From the NCBI GenBank assembly GCA_963794945.1, contig CAWCFT010000018.1, positions 17,704 through 81,703 of the forward strand: a stretch of DNA of 64,000 nt, read 5' to 3'. The position numbers and the translations under genes were made by a program. This document shows positions 54,344-64,000 of the stretch, one piece after another. The notes beneath the pieces are model-generated. The model made no database searches. It was not told the DNA's origin and saw only the letters and a program-made list of their open reading frames with translations. This DNA comes from Endomicrobiales bacterium (GTDB taxonomy: Bacteria > Elusimicrobiota > Endomicrobiia > Endomicrobiales > CAWCFT01). Each line of letters begins with the position of its first letter. Within the stretch, counting starts at the first letter, position 1.

Positions 54344-55406
54344 TCATTTTTGATCTATCTTCTCGTCCATGACTTTCCACAGGTTGTATCCTGCAACGAA
54401 CACTTTGAGCTCCGAGCCAGCGCTTGTGATGTTCTCAACGCCAAAATTAAATCTGGCGCCTTTAATATTTACTTTCACTGCCGGGAATTTGAGCCTCCTG
54501 CTTAGCGTCGCGGCAAACTTTAACGCCATCTTCTTGTCTTCACATGAGATTGACAGAGCGTCGGCCCCGCCCATAACCGAAAGCGAGTAGCCGATATGCT
54601 TTATAACGTTATAGTAGTAAATATCCCGTGCTCCGTCCATATCTGCGCCACCGCCGGCACCCACAAGGTCTTCGAGGCCGCATTTCCTGTGGAGCAGTCC
54701 GCTGAAACCGCTTTCATTCGTGAGTATCCTGTTTATGTCGCCGAATTTAAGTCCCGTCGAATGCAGCTGGAATATTATCGTGGGGTCTATGTCGCCGCAT
54801 CCGCTGAGGGACGGTATTCCTTCAACCGGCGTAAACCCAGCCGAAGTCTCTAAGGGCCGCCCGTCGGATATTGCCGCGACATTGGTCCGGCTTCCCACAA
54901 ATATGCTGACTATTTTTTTAATGCCGGCTGCAACCTGGCATACTACTGATACTGTCATACACCCAGTTGTGGCACAGGCCGTTGCTTCCGTATTTTCTTA
55001 CGCCCTGTTTTGTGAACTCGTACGGTACCGCGTACGTGCTCGCGCCTTCAGGCAGCTTCGAGAAATACCCTGTGTCGCAAAAAAGATAATGCGGCGCGTC
55101 CGGGAATTTCTTCGTGAATATTTTAAGGAGCCTCGAAGTTATCGCGTTGTCTTCGGGCAGGTACTTCTCGCTGTTCTCAACGCGCGCGATAACCTCGTCA
55201 GTCACCTTGCTCACTGTTTCTTTTATAGTTTCTCCGCCGTGGAAAAGCATGTAGCCTACAGCCTCCGGATTTTCAAGAGCCTTCGCGCCGCCGAGGATCT
55301 CTTCGCGAAATCCCGCCTTGTAAAGCACGGAGCTTTCCGCGGACTCACCACCCTCAATTTTACACAACTTTATGTTCGGCCTGTCGGGGCATAAGAGTAA
55401 TTTCAT
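54344..55406 (-). CDS. Degenerate acetate kinase-like protein (frameshift near 54935)
   Basis: FHGG, CDTGYF, YAVP, RKYGSNGLCH, ETSAGFTPVEG, CGDIDP, NESGFSG. Confidence 0.75.
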
Positions 55407-56609
55407 TTGTTAAGTTTTATTCCTTCGAGGCATATCACCAGCTCTTCTTTTGTCGGGACCGCGACGACTTTAACTTTCGATCCCGTTTTGCTTACCAAAG
55501 CCGTCTCTTCGCCCGATGACTCCGCGGCGTTCTTCTTTTCGTCAAGTTCGATGCCACACCAGCCCATATTTTCGCATACCCTTTTTCTTATGTGCGGGTT
55601 CTTGACGCCTATGTCATCCGTGAATATCAGCATGTCTATCCCGCCTAAGAGCGCCGCGTATCCGCCGATATATTTCTTGAGCCTGTGCACGTATATATCT
55701 ACTGCCAGAAGGCCCTGCCTGTGGCCCGCCCCGTCCGCCGGTTGTCTAAGAATGTCCGTTATATCGCTCGAAAAACCCGACACACCCAGGAGCCCGCTCT
55801 TTTTGTTAAGCATGTTCTCAAGGGCATCGGAGCGCAGGCCGTAAGCGTTCATGAGATATATTGAAAGCAGCGGGTCGATATCGCCTGAACGTGTGCTCAT
55901 GACGAGCCCGGGAAGGGGGGAATAGCCCATGGAGTTATCCTGTGAGCGCCCGTCCTTTATAGCGGCAACACTCGCGCCGCCGGTGCCCAGGTGGCAGGCA
56001 ACGACTTTAAGTTTCTTAGGGTTGTCACCTGTAAGCCAGCGCCGCCTCGTTTATTACATAGGAGTAGGAGAGGCCGTGAAAGCCGTACTTTCTAAACCCA
56101 AATTTTTCTATTATCCGTTTCGGCAGGCAGTAGGTGTAAGCATAATAAGGAATGGTCGAGTGGAACGCCGAATCGAAAGCGACATATTGCCTGCTGCCGG
56201 GGAGATATTTGAACGCCTGATCTATGACCTCAAGCGATATTGGGTTGTGTATTGGCGCCAGAGGGAGGCAAAGTTTGAGGTTAGCCAGCGTTTCGTTTTC
56301 AATAAATGCAGTATTTTTGAAGTAGTTCCCGCCATGAACGAACCTGTGGCCAACGAGATCCACTGGTATGCCCATTTCATGTATGAACCCTAGCGCCACG
56401 GCTGCGCCTTCACCGTGGTTGCGTATAGGGAACTCCCGCTTTGTGGTCTTCCCGTTGTAGGTATTTTCTATAAATGAAGGTGCTGTCCCTTTTACGCCTA
56501 CCCTGTGCGCTTTGCCTGCAAGTACTGTTTCGAGGTTCTCCCGGCCGGTGAACTTGAATATCTTGTAGGTGAGAGACGAGCTGCCGCAGTTGAATACTAA
56601 TATGTTCAT
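55403..56609 (-). CDS. ackA: Acetate kinase with Entamoeba-type motifs (frameshift near 56038)
   Basis: NCGSSS, GHRFVHGG, LAPIHNP, DSAFH, YGFHG, CHLGTGGAS, TRSGDIDP, FTDDIG, PTKEEL. Confidence 0.92.
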
Positions 56610-56686
56610 TTTTTCTTATGTTTTGCCTATTATGGCAAAATATGAGGCGCTTTACAAGCCCCGTGTTCATATGCATGTATATATGA

Positions 56687-56715
56687 TTGACAGCACTCAT
56701 ATTATTAGCTATAAT
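56687..56715 (+). promoter_or_regulatory. rpmH operon promoter
   Basis: Perfect TTGACA-17 bp-TATAAT. Confidence 0.85.
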
Positions 56716-56758
56716 CATTGCCTTATAAGAGCAAATACTATATTAAGGAAGAATAACC

Positions 56759-56896
56759 ATGACCGTAAGAACTTACCAGCCCAACAAAAGACGCCGCAAA
56801 AAGAAGATTGGATTCCGCGCCCGCATGAGCACCGCCGGCGGCAGGGGAGTGCTTTCCAGCCGCAGAAGAAAAGGGCGCAAGCGTATATCGGCGTAA
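56759..56896 (+). CDS. rpmH: 50S ribosomal protein L34
   Basis: Manual translation [45 protein letters not shown]; too short for the ORF track. Confidence 0.97.
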   Translation: MTVRTYQPNKRRRKKKIGFRARMSTAGGRGVLSSRRRKGRKRISA

Positions 56897-56903
56897 TACA
56901 CGG

Positions 56904-57272
56904 ATGCCTCCGAGTTTTTCGTTCAACTATAAAGAAAGACTGCACCTTCTGAAAGATTTTAAACGTGTTTTTAAAACCGGCCGGAGGCTGGCGCATCCAG
57001 CGATTTTAATTTATGTCTGTAAACGGGATGACCGCTCCGAAACGCGCAGGCTCGGCCTCGTTACCAGCAGAAAGATCGGCGGAGCCACCGAACGCAACCG
57101 GGCAAAGAGGCGCCTCAGGGAGATTTTCAGGCTCAACAAGAACAGCATCTCACCTTCCCTTGATATAATTTTTGTCCTAAAACCAGGCATCTGCAAACTC
57201 GACTACGAAACCCTTAAAAATGCCGTTCTTGGACTCTTGAAAAACGCGGGTTTCTTAGATCCGCTTGCATGA
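56904..57272 (+). CDS. rnpA: Ribonuclease P protein component
   Basis: [25 protein letters not shown]; synteny. Confidence 0.96.
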   Translation: MPPSFSFNYKERLHLLKDFKRVFKTGRRLAHPAILIYVCKRDDRSETRRLGLVTSRKIGGATERNRAKRRLREIFRLNKNSISPSLDIIFVLKPGICKLDYETLKNAVLGLLKNAGFLDPLA

Positions 57273-57316
57273 AATATGGTGCCGTGTGCTGGCCGCCAGA
57301 GTGCGGGGTATGTCAG

Positions 57317-57523
57317 ATGAAATATTTAATTCTTTTTTCAATTAGAATTTATCAGAAGTTTTCGGTAGCTTTTTTTCCCCGCTGCCGGTTCTACCCGAGC
57401 TGTTCGCATTATACGCACGAAGCCGTAGAGAAGCATGGTGTTATAAAGGGTATATTTCTGGGGTTAAAACGGATATCGCGCTGCCATCCTTTCAACGACG
57501 GCGGTTACGATCCGGTCCCTTGA
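57317..57523 (+). CDS. yidD: Membrane protein insertion efficiency factor
   Basis: [10 protein letters not shown]...[15 protein letters not shown]. Confidence 0.95.
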   Translation: MKYLILFSIRIYQKFSVAFFPRCRFYPSCSHYTHEAVEKHGVIKGIFLGLKRISRCHPFNDGGYDPVP

Positions 57524-57557
57524 CACAGAAGCAATAATCGGAGGATTTAAAAATTAA

Positions 57558-59110
57558 ATGGATAAAAACACTTTTTTTGCGATATTTCTTTCGACCGCGT
57601 TCCTCATAGTTTGGTTCATGTTCATCCAGAAACCGGCCCAGCAACAGGCGCCTTCGTCGGTCGTCGCCTCATCGTCCGTTGTCTCTAACAATCAGGCCCA
57701 GAACTGCAGTACCATCGTCGCTTTCTAAGGCAGTTGACGAGGCGCCCGAGCAATTGACTACAGTTGAAACGGCTGACTACAAAGCCGTGTTCACTAACCG
57801 CGGAGCGGCCATCAAACATTGGTACCTAAAAGAAAAGTCGGGCACGCTTGTCGATCTTGTCAACGGGCAGGAAGTGAGCCAGTTCGTTAATTTTCCCGGT
57901 TCTTCGTATGATGTCCTACAGCCGTCTCCCCTGAAACTGGTTTTCACTAACCGCTCGCCACTTGGCTGGCAGGTGACCAAAACTTGCTGACCTCACAAAC
58001 AACTATCTTCACTCTCTTACCATACAAACATCCAAGATCAAAAACGGTGCCAAGCTTCCCGTTATAGATGTTGCCTGGGGCCCAGGGCTGGGCACCGATG
58101 ATAAAGGACAAAAAGACAACATGGCGCAGACAAGAGCTTTGGGATACGCCGTCTCAAGGCCCACGCCGCTTGAGAAGTTCAAGCCGGGTGACTACCCTTC
58201 AAAGATATACCGCTGGGCGGCAATAGACAACAGGTATTTCCTCGCAGCACTCATTCCTACAAAAGACACTGATTTCTCTAATATAAATGTCACTAGGGAC
58301 TCGAAGAAACAACCTCCGGAAATATCATTAAGCGCGCCGGTTCCTGAGAACGTTGATTCACAGACCTGTTCCGTCATGTTCTACTTGGGGCCTAAGGGTC
58401 ATGAACACTTAAAATCACTGCACCTGGGCCTGGAAGATTCTGTCGACTTCGGTTACTTCGGATTCCTCGGGAAAATCGCCCTCGCGGTACTTAATTATTT
58501 TCAGAAGGTCACTGGCAACTACGGTTGGGCTATAATCATCCTGACTATAACGCTTCAGATATTGGTCCTACCATTGACCGTCAAGAGCTTCAAGGCGTCC
58601 GCGGCGATGAAACAGCTCCAACCGCTTGTGAAAAATCTTCAGGACACATATAAAAATGACCCTAAACGCCTTAACGTCGAGATGCTGAACCTCTATAAAA
58701 CCCACAAGGTCAATCCGCTTGGCGGCTGCCTGCCGATGCTTCTGCAGCTGCCGATATTCTGGGCGCTGTTTACCACTCTTCGCAACGCTTTCGAGCTGCG
58801 CGGCGCTCACTGGATACTCTGGGTAAAGGACCTCTCCGCGCCGGACACGCTTATGGTCATAGCGGGTTTCCCTATTAACATACTGCCTCTTATTATGGGC
58901 GTCGGCATGTTCTTCCAGCAGAAAATGATGTCGGTCGCTACCGACCCGGCCCAACAAAAAATGATGTACATGATGCCCGTGATATTTACGTTCATGTTCT
59001 GGAGCTTTCCTTCGGGCCTTGTGATCTACTGGCTTACAAACAGCATACTTACCATGACAGAACAATATATCATCATGCGCAACCAGCCGGAACTCGGAGC
59101 CTCAAAATAA
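57558..59110 (+). CDS. yidC: Membrane protein insertase YidC (frameshifts near 57705 and 57985)
   Basis: N-terminal TM MDKNTFFAIFLS; FTNRGAAI, GNYGWAII, NPLGGCLPMLLQLPIF, DLSAPD, PSGLVIYW. Confidence 0.95.
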
Positions 59111-59168
59111 ACACTAATGAAGTGTCCGCTTCGGGCGGATCCGCCTGCAAGGCGGGGAGGTAACATAA

Positions 59169-59822
59169 ATGGCAGAATTAGAAATCGAAGGCAAAACCGT
59201 AGAAGAAGCAATAAAGAACGGGCTTGAAAAGCTTGGTGTTTCACAAGACAAAGTTAAGATAAAGATACTAAACGAAGGCACAAGCGGACTCTTCGGCCTT
59301 ATGGGTTCGAAGCCGGCCCGGGTGCTCCTTATAGCTGAAGGCGTGGAGCTTAAAGGCGGTGCCGATCTTGGGCTCGCCGCATCAAAAGCTAAAGAAACCG
59401 TTACCGAACTGCTAAAGCTCATGGGCCTCTCCGTAGATAAAGTGGAAGCCCGGATCACTGATGATGCCGTGCTGTGTGAGATCACAGGACCGGACGGAAG
59501 CTTGATCATAGGAAAGAATGGCCAGTCACTGGAAGCACTCGAACATATAGTTAACCTCATTGTCAACCGTTCCAGCGAGACACGTGTAAAGATCAATCTC
59601 GACACAGACGGCTACAGGCTCCGCCAGGAAGAGCGCCTGCTCGCACTCGCGGCCAAAGCGGCCGACCAGGTGAAAGCCAGCGGGAAAACGTTCCGGTTCG
59701 ACCCTATGTCCTCTAAAGAAAGAAGGATAATACATCTCGCGCTAAAAAACGTCGAGGGCCTCGAGACGTTTTCCGAAGGCGAGGGTTCATTCCGGAAGGT
59801 CGTGGTCAAACCAAAAAAATAA
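59169..59822 (+). CDS. jag: Jag/KhpB/EloR RNA-binding protein
   Basis: Jag_N GKTVEEAI, KH IIGKNGQSLEAL, R3H ERRIIH. Confidence 0.95.
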   Translation: MAELEIEGKTVEEAIKNGLEKLGVSQDKVKIKILNEGTSGLFGLMGSKPARVLLIAEGVELKGGADLGLAASKAKETVTELLKLMGLSVDKVEARITDDAVLCEITGPDGSLIIGKNGQSLEALEHIVNLIVNRSSETRVKINLDTDGYRLRQEERLLALAAKAADQVKASGKTFRFDPMSSKERRIIHLALKNVEGLETFSEGEGSFRKVVVKPKK

Positions 59823-59824
59823 TA

Positions 59825-59902
59825 GCTGTAAGTAATAAGCAATAAGCTTTAAGAATAACCATAAAATCTTTTTTGCTTTTCTTTTCGCTTACAACTTATA
59901 GC
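59825..59902. repeat. Intergenic imperfect inverted repeat of 7-bp units
   Basis: gctgtaagtaataagcaataagc ... gcttacaacttatagc. Confidence 0.6.
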
Positions 59903-59911
59903 CGTAGTTCT

Positions 59912-61333
59912 ATGTTATATAACCTCGAAGACACTATCGCCGCGATATCGACTCCCCCGGGCACCGGAGCGACCGGCGTGATACGTATAAGCGGGCCCGA
60001 CGCTGTAAAGATCGCCGACATATTCTTCTCGTCTTCCGACAAAAAACCACTTTCTGCGACGCAATCCCATACCGTTGTTCACGGCTGGGTGACCAATTCC
60101 GGTTCACCGGTTGACGAGGTTCTTGTTACCCTTATGCTCAAACCCCGTACGTACACGGGCGACGACACTGTCGAGGTCTCAGCCCACGGAGGGCCGGTAA
60201 TACTCAACCGCATACTAAAGCTTGCCGCCTCGGGCGGCGCAAGGCTTGCGGGGCCCGGTGAGTTCACGTACCGTGCCTTTTCAAACGGGAAACTTGACCT
60301 CGCCAAAGCCGAAGCTGTCGCCGACCTTATCTCGTCTAAGACCGGCCTCGCGCTTGACACAGCGCTATCGCACCTCAAGGGCCTCTACTCGCACAAGATC
60401 TCCGCGCTCAGAGACAAGCTTATAAGCCTGCTGGCATCTTTCGAAGTCGCGCTTGACCACGCTGAAGAAGATGTGGAGTTTGTCTCCAAAGACTCAGCCA
60501 AATCAGCTATAAAAGACCTTATTTTAGACATCACTCAAATCATCGGATCTTCTCAAAAAGCAAAATTTTTGAGAGAGGGCCTGCGGACCGTCATTGTCGG
60601 CAAACCCAATGCGGGCAAATCATCTCTTTTAAACGCCCTGCTTGAACGCGAACGGGCCATTGTTACAGATATTCCGGGTACTACCCGTGACGTTATCGAA
60701 GAGGGCGTTGATATAAAAGGTTTTCCAGTGGTATTAATGGACACTGCCGGTATAAGGGCGCACTCACAGGACCCGGTTGAGAAGATCGGGCAGAACCGCA
60801 CGCTAGAAGCCTTAAAATCGGCCCGCGTGGTGGTCTGGGTACTGGACGCCTCGACAGGTGAGACTGACCAGGACCGCCACATATATGAGATTCTGAAAGA
60901 TATCCCTGCCGACAAAACTGTCATCCCTGTCTGGAACAAAGCGGATATAGCGGCCACCGCTGGCGCCAAAACGCCCTTCGGCCCGCTTTCATTTGTGCTC
61001 CCCGGCCTTGTGCCTGCGCAGGAACCCGTCAAAGTTTCTGCAAAGAGCGGGTCGGGCATAACCGACCTCGAAAACGCGATCGTCTCGGAATTCTCGTTTC
61101 CTGAAAATGCCGCCACGGGTACTGTAACGGCCAACGCTAGGCACATCGACGCTCTTACCCGCGCTCGCAAGGCGTTAGAAGAGACGCTGATCTCTATAGA
61201 TAGCGGTTATTCCGAAGAGATACAGGCACTACACGCTAGGGAAGCCCTGACAAACCTCGGCGAGATTACCGGTGAGACCGCTACTGACGATATACTGGAC
61301 AAGATATTCAAGTCATTCTGTGTGGGCAAATAA
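59912..61333 (+). CDS. mnmE: tRNA modification GTPase MnmE
   Basis: DTIAAISTP, GKPNAGKSS, DIPGTTRD, DTAG, NKAD, FCVGK. Confidence 0.97.
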   Translation: MLYNLEDTIAAISTPPGTGATGVIRISGPDAVKIADIFFSSSDKKPLSATQSHTVVHGWVTNSGSPVDEVLVTLMLKPRTYTGDDTVEVSAHGGPVILNRILKLAASGGARLAGPGEFTYRAFSNGKLDLAKAEAVADLISSKTGLALDTALSHLKGLYSHKISALRDKLISLLASFEVALDHAEEDVEFVSKDSAKSAIKDLILDITQIIGSSQKAKFLREGLRTVIVGKPNAGKSSLLNALLERERAIVTDIPGTTRDVIEEGVDIKGFPVVLMDTAGIRAHSQDPVEKIGQNRTLEALKSARVVVWVLDASTGETDQDRHIYEILKDIPADKTVIPVWNKADIAATAGAKTPFGPLSFVLPGLVPAQEPVKVSAKSGSGITDLENAIVSEFSFPENAATGTVTANARHIDALTRARKALEETLISIDSGYSEEIQALHAREALTNLGEITGETATDDILDKIFKSFCVGK

Positions 61334-62105
61334 ATGAGACAGCCTCGCGGCCAAAATTTTCTTGTTGAAAAGAACATCGCGCGAAAGATAGTCGCCGCAG
61401 CCGATATCTCGCCCGCTGATAAGATCCTTGAGATAGGACCCGGCAAAGGCGTACTTACGGCACTTATCGCGCCGCTTGCCGGCGAATTTAGGGCCGTCGA
61501 AGTCGACCGGCAGTTATTTGAAAGTCTTAATACCTCGGGCCGTTTCCCTAATACCAAGTTCGTGCTCGCTGACTTTCTCGAGTACCCTTTTGCTTCCGAT
61601 CTAGGCCCTCTAAAGATAGTCGCCAACCTCCCTTACAACGTTTCTACCGCTATTATAGAAAAGTTCTTGCCCGAGAATAATTGGACTATCGCCGTTGTAA
61701 TGGTACAAAAAGAAGTGGGGGAGAGGCTTACAGCCTCGCCTGGGACAAAAGAGTACGGCTCGCTGACAATATTCTGCAGACATTACGCCGGAATAGTGAA
61801 GCTTTTTTCCGTAGGTCCGGGCTGTTTTTTTCCCAAGCCCAAGGTCGACTCAGTGGTGCTTAAGCTCGTCAACCATTTTTCGCCGAGGCTTTCCCAGGAA
61901 TTCACTCGGTTCGTCAAGAGCCGCATTTTCACAGCGCAGGAAAACTGCGCTCAACGCTATTTCATCGTCTCTAGATATACCAAAATCAGCGGCCTCGAGG
62001 GCCTTCGAGCAGTGCGGCATATGCCCCAACCTAAGACCAGAAAATATGAATATAGACCAGTTTTTCCGCCTTTATCATGAACTTCCTTTTTCCGCGAATA
62101 AATAA
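61334..62105 (+). CDS. rsmA: 16S rRNA adenine dimethyltransferase (frameshift near 61920)
   Basis: GQNFL, EIGPGKGVLT, VANLPYN, MVQKEV, PKPKVDS; the AFSQRRK...LRPE tail is in another frame. Confidence 0.93.
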
Positions 62106-62128
62106 AACTCTATCGTCGGTTAAAAGTA

Positions 62129-62157
62129 TTGACTTCGGGCTGTCAAAAATGTATAAT
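62129..62157 (+). promoter_or_regulatory. dnaA promoter
   Basis: TTGACT-17 bp-TATAAT. Confidence 0.75.
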
Positions 62158-62248
62158 TCACATGTAATACTCAAACCTGCTTTTATAACTAATAATAAAA
62201 GATGGTAAAATAAGTAGTCTAAAAGATTATAAAAGTACTGCACAATAC

Positions 62249-62325
62249 TTATCCACAGATGTGGATAATCCTGGGGATAACCTAGTGTTTAACGTTGAAG
62301 AATTATGGAAAAAGATTGTTGATAA
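62249..62325. promoter_or_regulatory. DnaA box cluster at the dnaA start
   Basis: TTATCCACA 62249-57 and TGTGGATAA 62260-68 (perfect); TGGGGATAA 62272-80 and TGTTGATAA 62317-25 (one mismatch). Confidence 0.85.
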
Positions 62326-63646
62326 CCTGCAGCAGCAGCTTGTTGCAGAGTCTTTCAACCTTTGGATACAACCACTAAAACCCATTGCATTATCTAATGG
62401 GAAATTTGTTTTGCAGGTCCCAAACAAATACTTTTCCGACTGGCTCACATCGCACCAGAAGGATAATATAGAAAAAATACTTTCTCAGGAAACACAGTCC
62501 GCGGTAAAAATAGAATTCCAGGAAGTTCAGGATCTCACCTCAATTCTTAAGAAAGTTGAGGACATTCAGGAACATTCAACAGCGTCGCAATCCGTAAGAA
62601 CATTATCCGATGATAATTTCAACCTCAAATACACTTTTGACCGTTTCGTGGTGGGGGCCTCTAACCGTTTCGCTCACGCATCGTGCGAAGCCGTCGCTAA
62701 AGACCCGGGCCTCCAGTTTAACCCGCTCTTCCTTTATGGCGGCGTGGGCCTCGGGAAAACGCATCTCCTGCACGCTATAGGAAACCACATAAGAAAAAAC
62801 AACCCCTCACTTAGAGTACTATATGTGACCAGTGAAAAGTTCATAAACGAGTTCATTGATTCACTGCGTTTCGAAAAACCGGCGTCTTTCCGAAACAAAT
62901 ACCGCAACCTCGACTGTCTGCTTATCGACGATATACAGTTCCTCGTTGGCAAGCAGAGCTCGCAGGAAGAGTTTTTCTACACTTTCAACACGCTCTATGA
63001 TTCACACAAGCAGGTGGTGATAACCTCCGACCGGCCGCCTAAGGAACTGCCTACGCTTGAACCAAGGCTCATCTCGCGCTTCGAGTGGGGTGTTATAGCC
63101 GACATACAGGCGCCGGACCTCGAGACTCGAATCGCCATAATGCGCAAGAAAGCGGAAGAAGAAAGGCTCTATATCCCGGATGATGTCGTCCTCTATATAG
63201 CGACACAAATCAAATCTAATATAAGAGAACTGGAAGGCTCTCTGCTCCGCATAACAGCTTTCTCGGCTTTCACTGGCACGCCCTTGACCGTTGATTCGGT
63301 CCAGAAGATACTAAAAGACGTTGTCCGGCCTCCGGATGATGCGGCTCCTATAACAATAGATAAGATCCAGCGCGTTGTCGCCAAACATTTCAACCTGGAT
63401 TTCAAAGATATGAAGTCCAAGCGCAGAACTGACGCTGTGGCGTTTCCCCGCCAGATAGCGATGTACCTTGCTAGAACTCTGACCGATGAGTTTTCTACAA
63501 CAGATATTGGGGATTCGTTCGGCGGCAAAGACCACACGACCGTCATGCACGCTTGCAACAAAATAAAAGCCAGAATGGCGACCGACCCCTACTTCGTTGC
63601 CAAGATCAACCAGATAAGCCAGGAAATCCGCTCGGACAAGGAATGA
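62261..63646 (+). CDS. dnaA: Chromosomal replication initiator DnaA (true start may be GTG 62285)
   Basis: NPLFLYGGVGLGKTHL, LLIDDIQF, SNIRELEG, PRQIAMYL, GGKDHTTV. Confidence 0.98.
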   Translation: MDNPGDNLVFNVEELWKKIVDNLQQQLVAESFNLWIQPLKPIALSNGKFVLQVPNKYFSDWLTSHQKDNIEKILSQETQSAVKIEFQEVQDLTSILKKVEDIQEHSTASQSVRTLSDDNFNLKYTFDRFVVGASNRFAHASCEAVAKDPGLQFNPLFLYGGVGLGKTHLLHAIGNHIRKNNPSLRVLYVTSEKFINEFIDSLRFEKPASFRNKYRNLDCLLIDDIQFLVGKQSSQEEFFYTFNTLYDSHKQVVITSDRPPKELPTLEPRLISRFEWGVIADIQAPDLETRIAIMRKKAEEERLYIPDDVVLYIATQIKSNIRELEGSLLRITAFSAFTGTPLTVDSVQKILKDVVRPPDDAAPITIDKIQRVVAKHFNLDFKDMKSKRRTDAVAFPRQIAMYLARTLTDEFSTTDIGDSFGGKDHTTVMHACNKIKARMATDPYFVAKINQISQEIRSDKE

Positions 63647-63900
63647 ACCGAGCTATCGGTCTTTTAAATATTTTTCGGCAAGAATTTGCTTGTTATCTGA
63701 ACCTTGATAACATTGAATTTCTGTGGAGAGTTTGTTCCGCTGTTGATAGTGTTGATAACAATTTCATTTTCTCCACGGGTTATTCTCATTTAGCTCCGCA
63801 GCCAATAAGCGTGCAATTTAAATATCTTTTTCGTTCCGCTTAAAGTTACGGGCAATATACAGGCGCCTACTGAAGCTACGACTATTCTTTTATTAATAAG
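63647..63900. other. Probable oriC (dnaA-dnaN intergenic region)
   Basis: Degenerate DnaA boxes (TGTTGATAG 63741, TGTTGATAA 63750, TTCTCCACG 63769, TTATTCTCA 63780), then GGCGCC, TAC/GAC/TAT trios and an AT-rich tract. Confidence 0.7.
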
Positions 63901-63912
63901 GGAGGAACACAT

Positions 63913-64000
63913 ATGAAAATAATTTGTGATAAAGAAGAACTTTTAAGGGGAGTACAGATCGTTCAAACCGTGGTTTCTCCTAGAAGTACGCTCCCTATTC
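63913..64000 (+). CDS. dnaN: DNA polymerase III beta clamp (5' part)
   Basis: GGAGG RBS; MKIICDKEELLRGVQIVQTVVSPRSTLPI; follows dnaA. Confidence 0.93.
   Translation, partial: MKIICDKEELLRGVQIVQTVVSPRSTLPI

Noticed and set aside
56569..56952. 127-aa ORF from the track
   Set aside because: It overlaps the promoter and the true rpmH in a different frame.
3660..62105. Widespread pseudogenisation or programmed frameshifting
   Set aside because: Breaks hit conserved housekeeping genes (yidC, pfkA, rsmA, ackA). Those I traced are mostly single missing bases in short runs and share no slippery motif, so sequencing error is simpler.

Overview
A 64-kb bacterial chromosomal window that ends at the replication origin region (rpmH-rnpA-yidD-yidC-jag-mnmE-rsmA-dnaA-dnaN, DnaA boxes, two parS-like sites). 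The dominant feature is a ~35.8-kb + strand coding region (6607-42395). It is broken into nine ORFs by single-base indels, but the junctions and internal repeats indicate one giant protein of roughly 11,900 aa. This protein has a signal peptide, a ChaN/TIKI-like N-terminal domain, seven families of internal repeats and many enzyme domains: zincin, HAD, RelA/SpoT-type HD, three transglutaminase-like+TPR modules, two GNATs, GT2, Zn deaminase, 2H phosphoesterase and a GHKL ATPase. Upstream are a consensus promoter and a membrane-targeted leader ORF whose stop codon sits in the loop of a terminator; downstream is a tolC-macA-macB-macB cluster. Also notable is an Entamoeba-type (putatively PPi-dependent) acetate kinase in an operon with a degenerate kinase paralogue and a degenerate FolE2. 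Frameshifts also hit housekeeping genes (pfkA, yidC, rsmA, ackA), so most are probably long-read indel errors. An Elusimicrobiota-like source is my inference only. I saw no rRNA, tRNA, CRISPR array or transposase. Domain and repeat boundaries were read by eye and are approximate.
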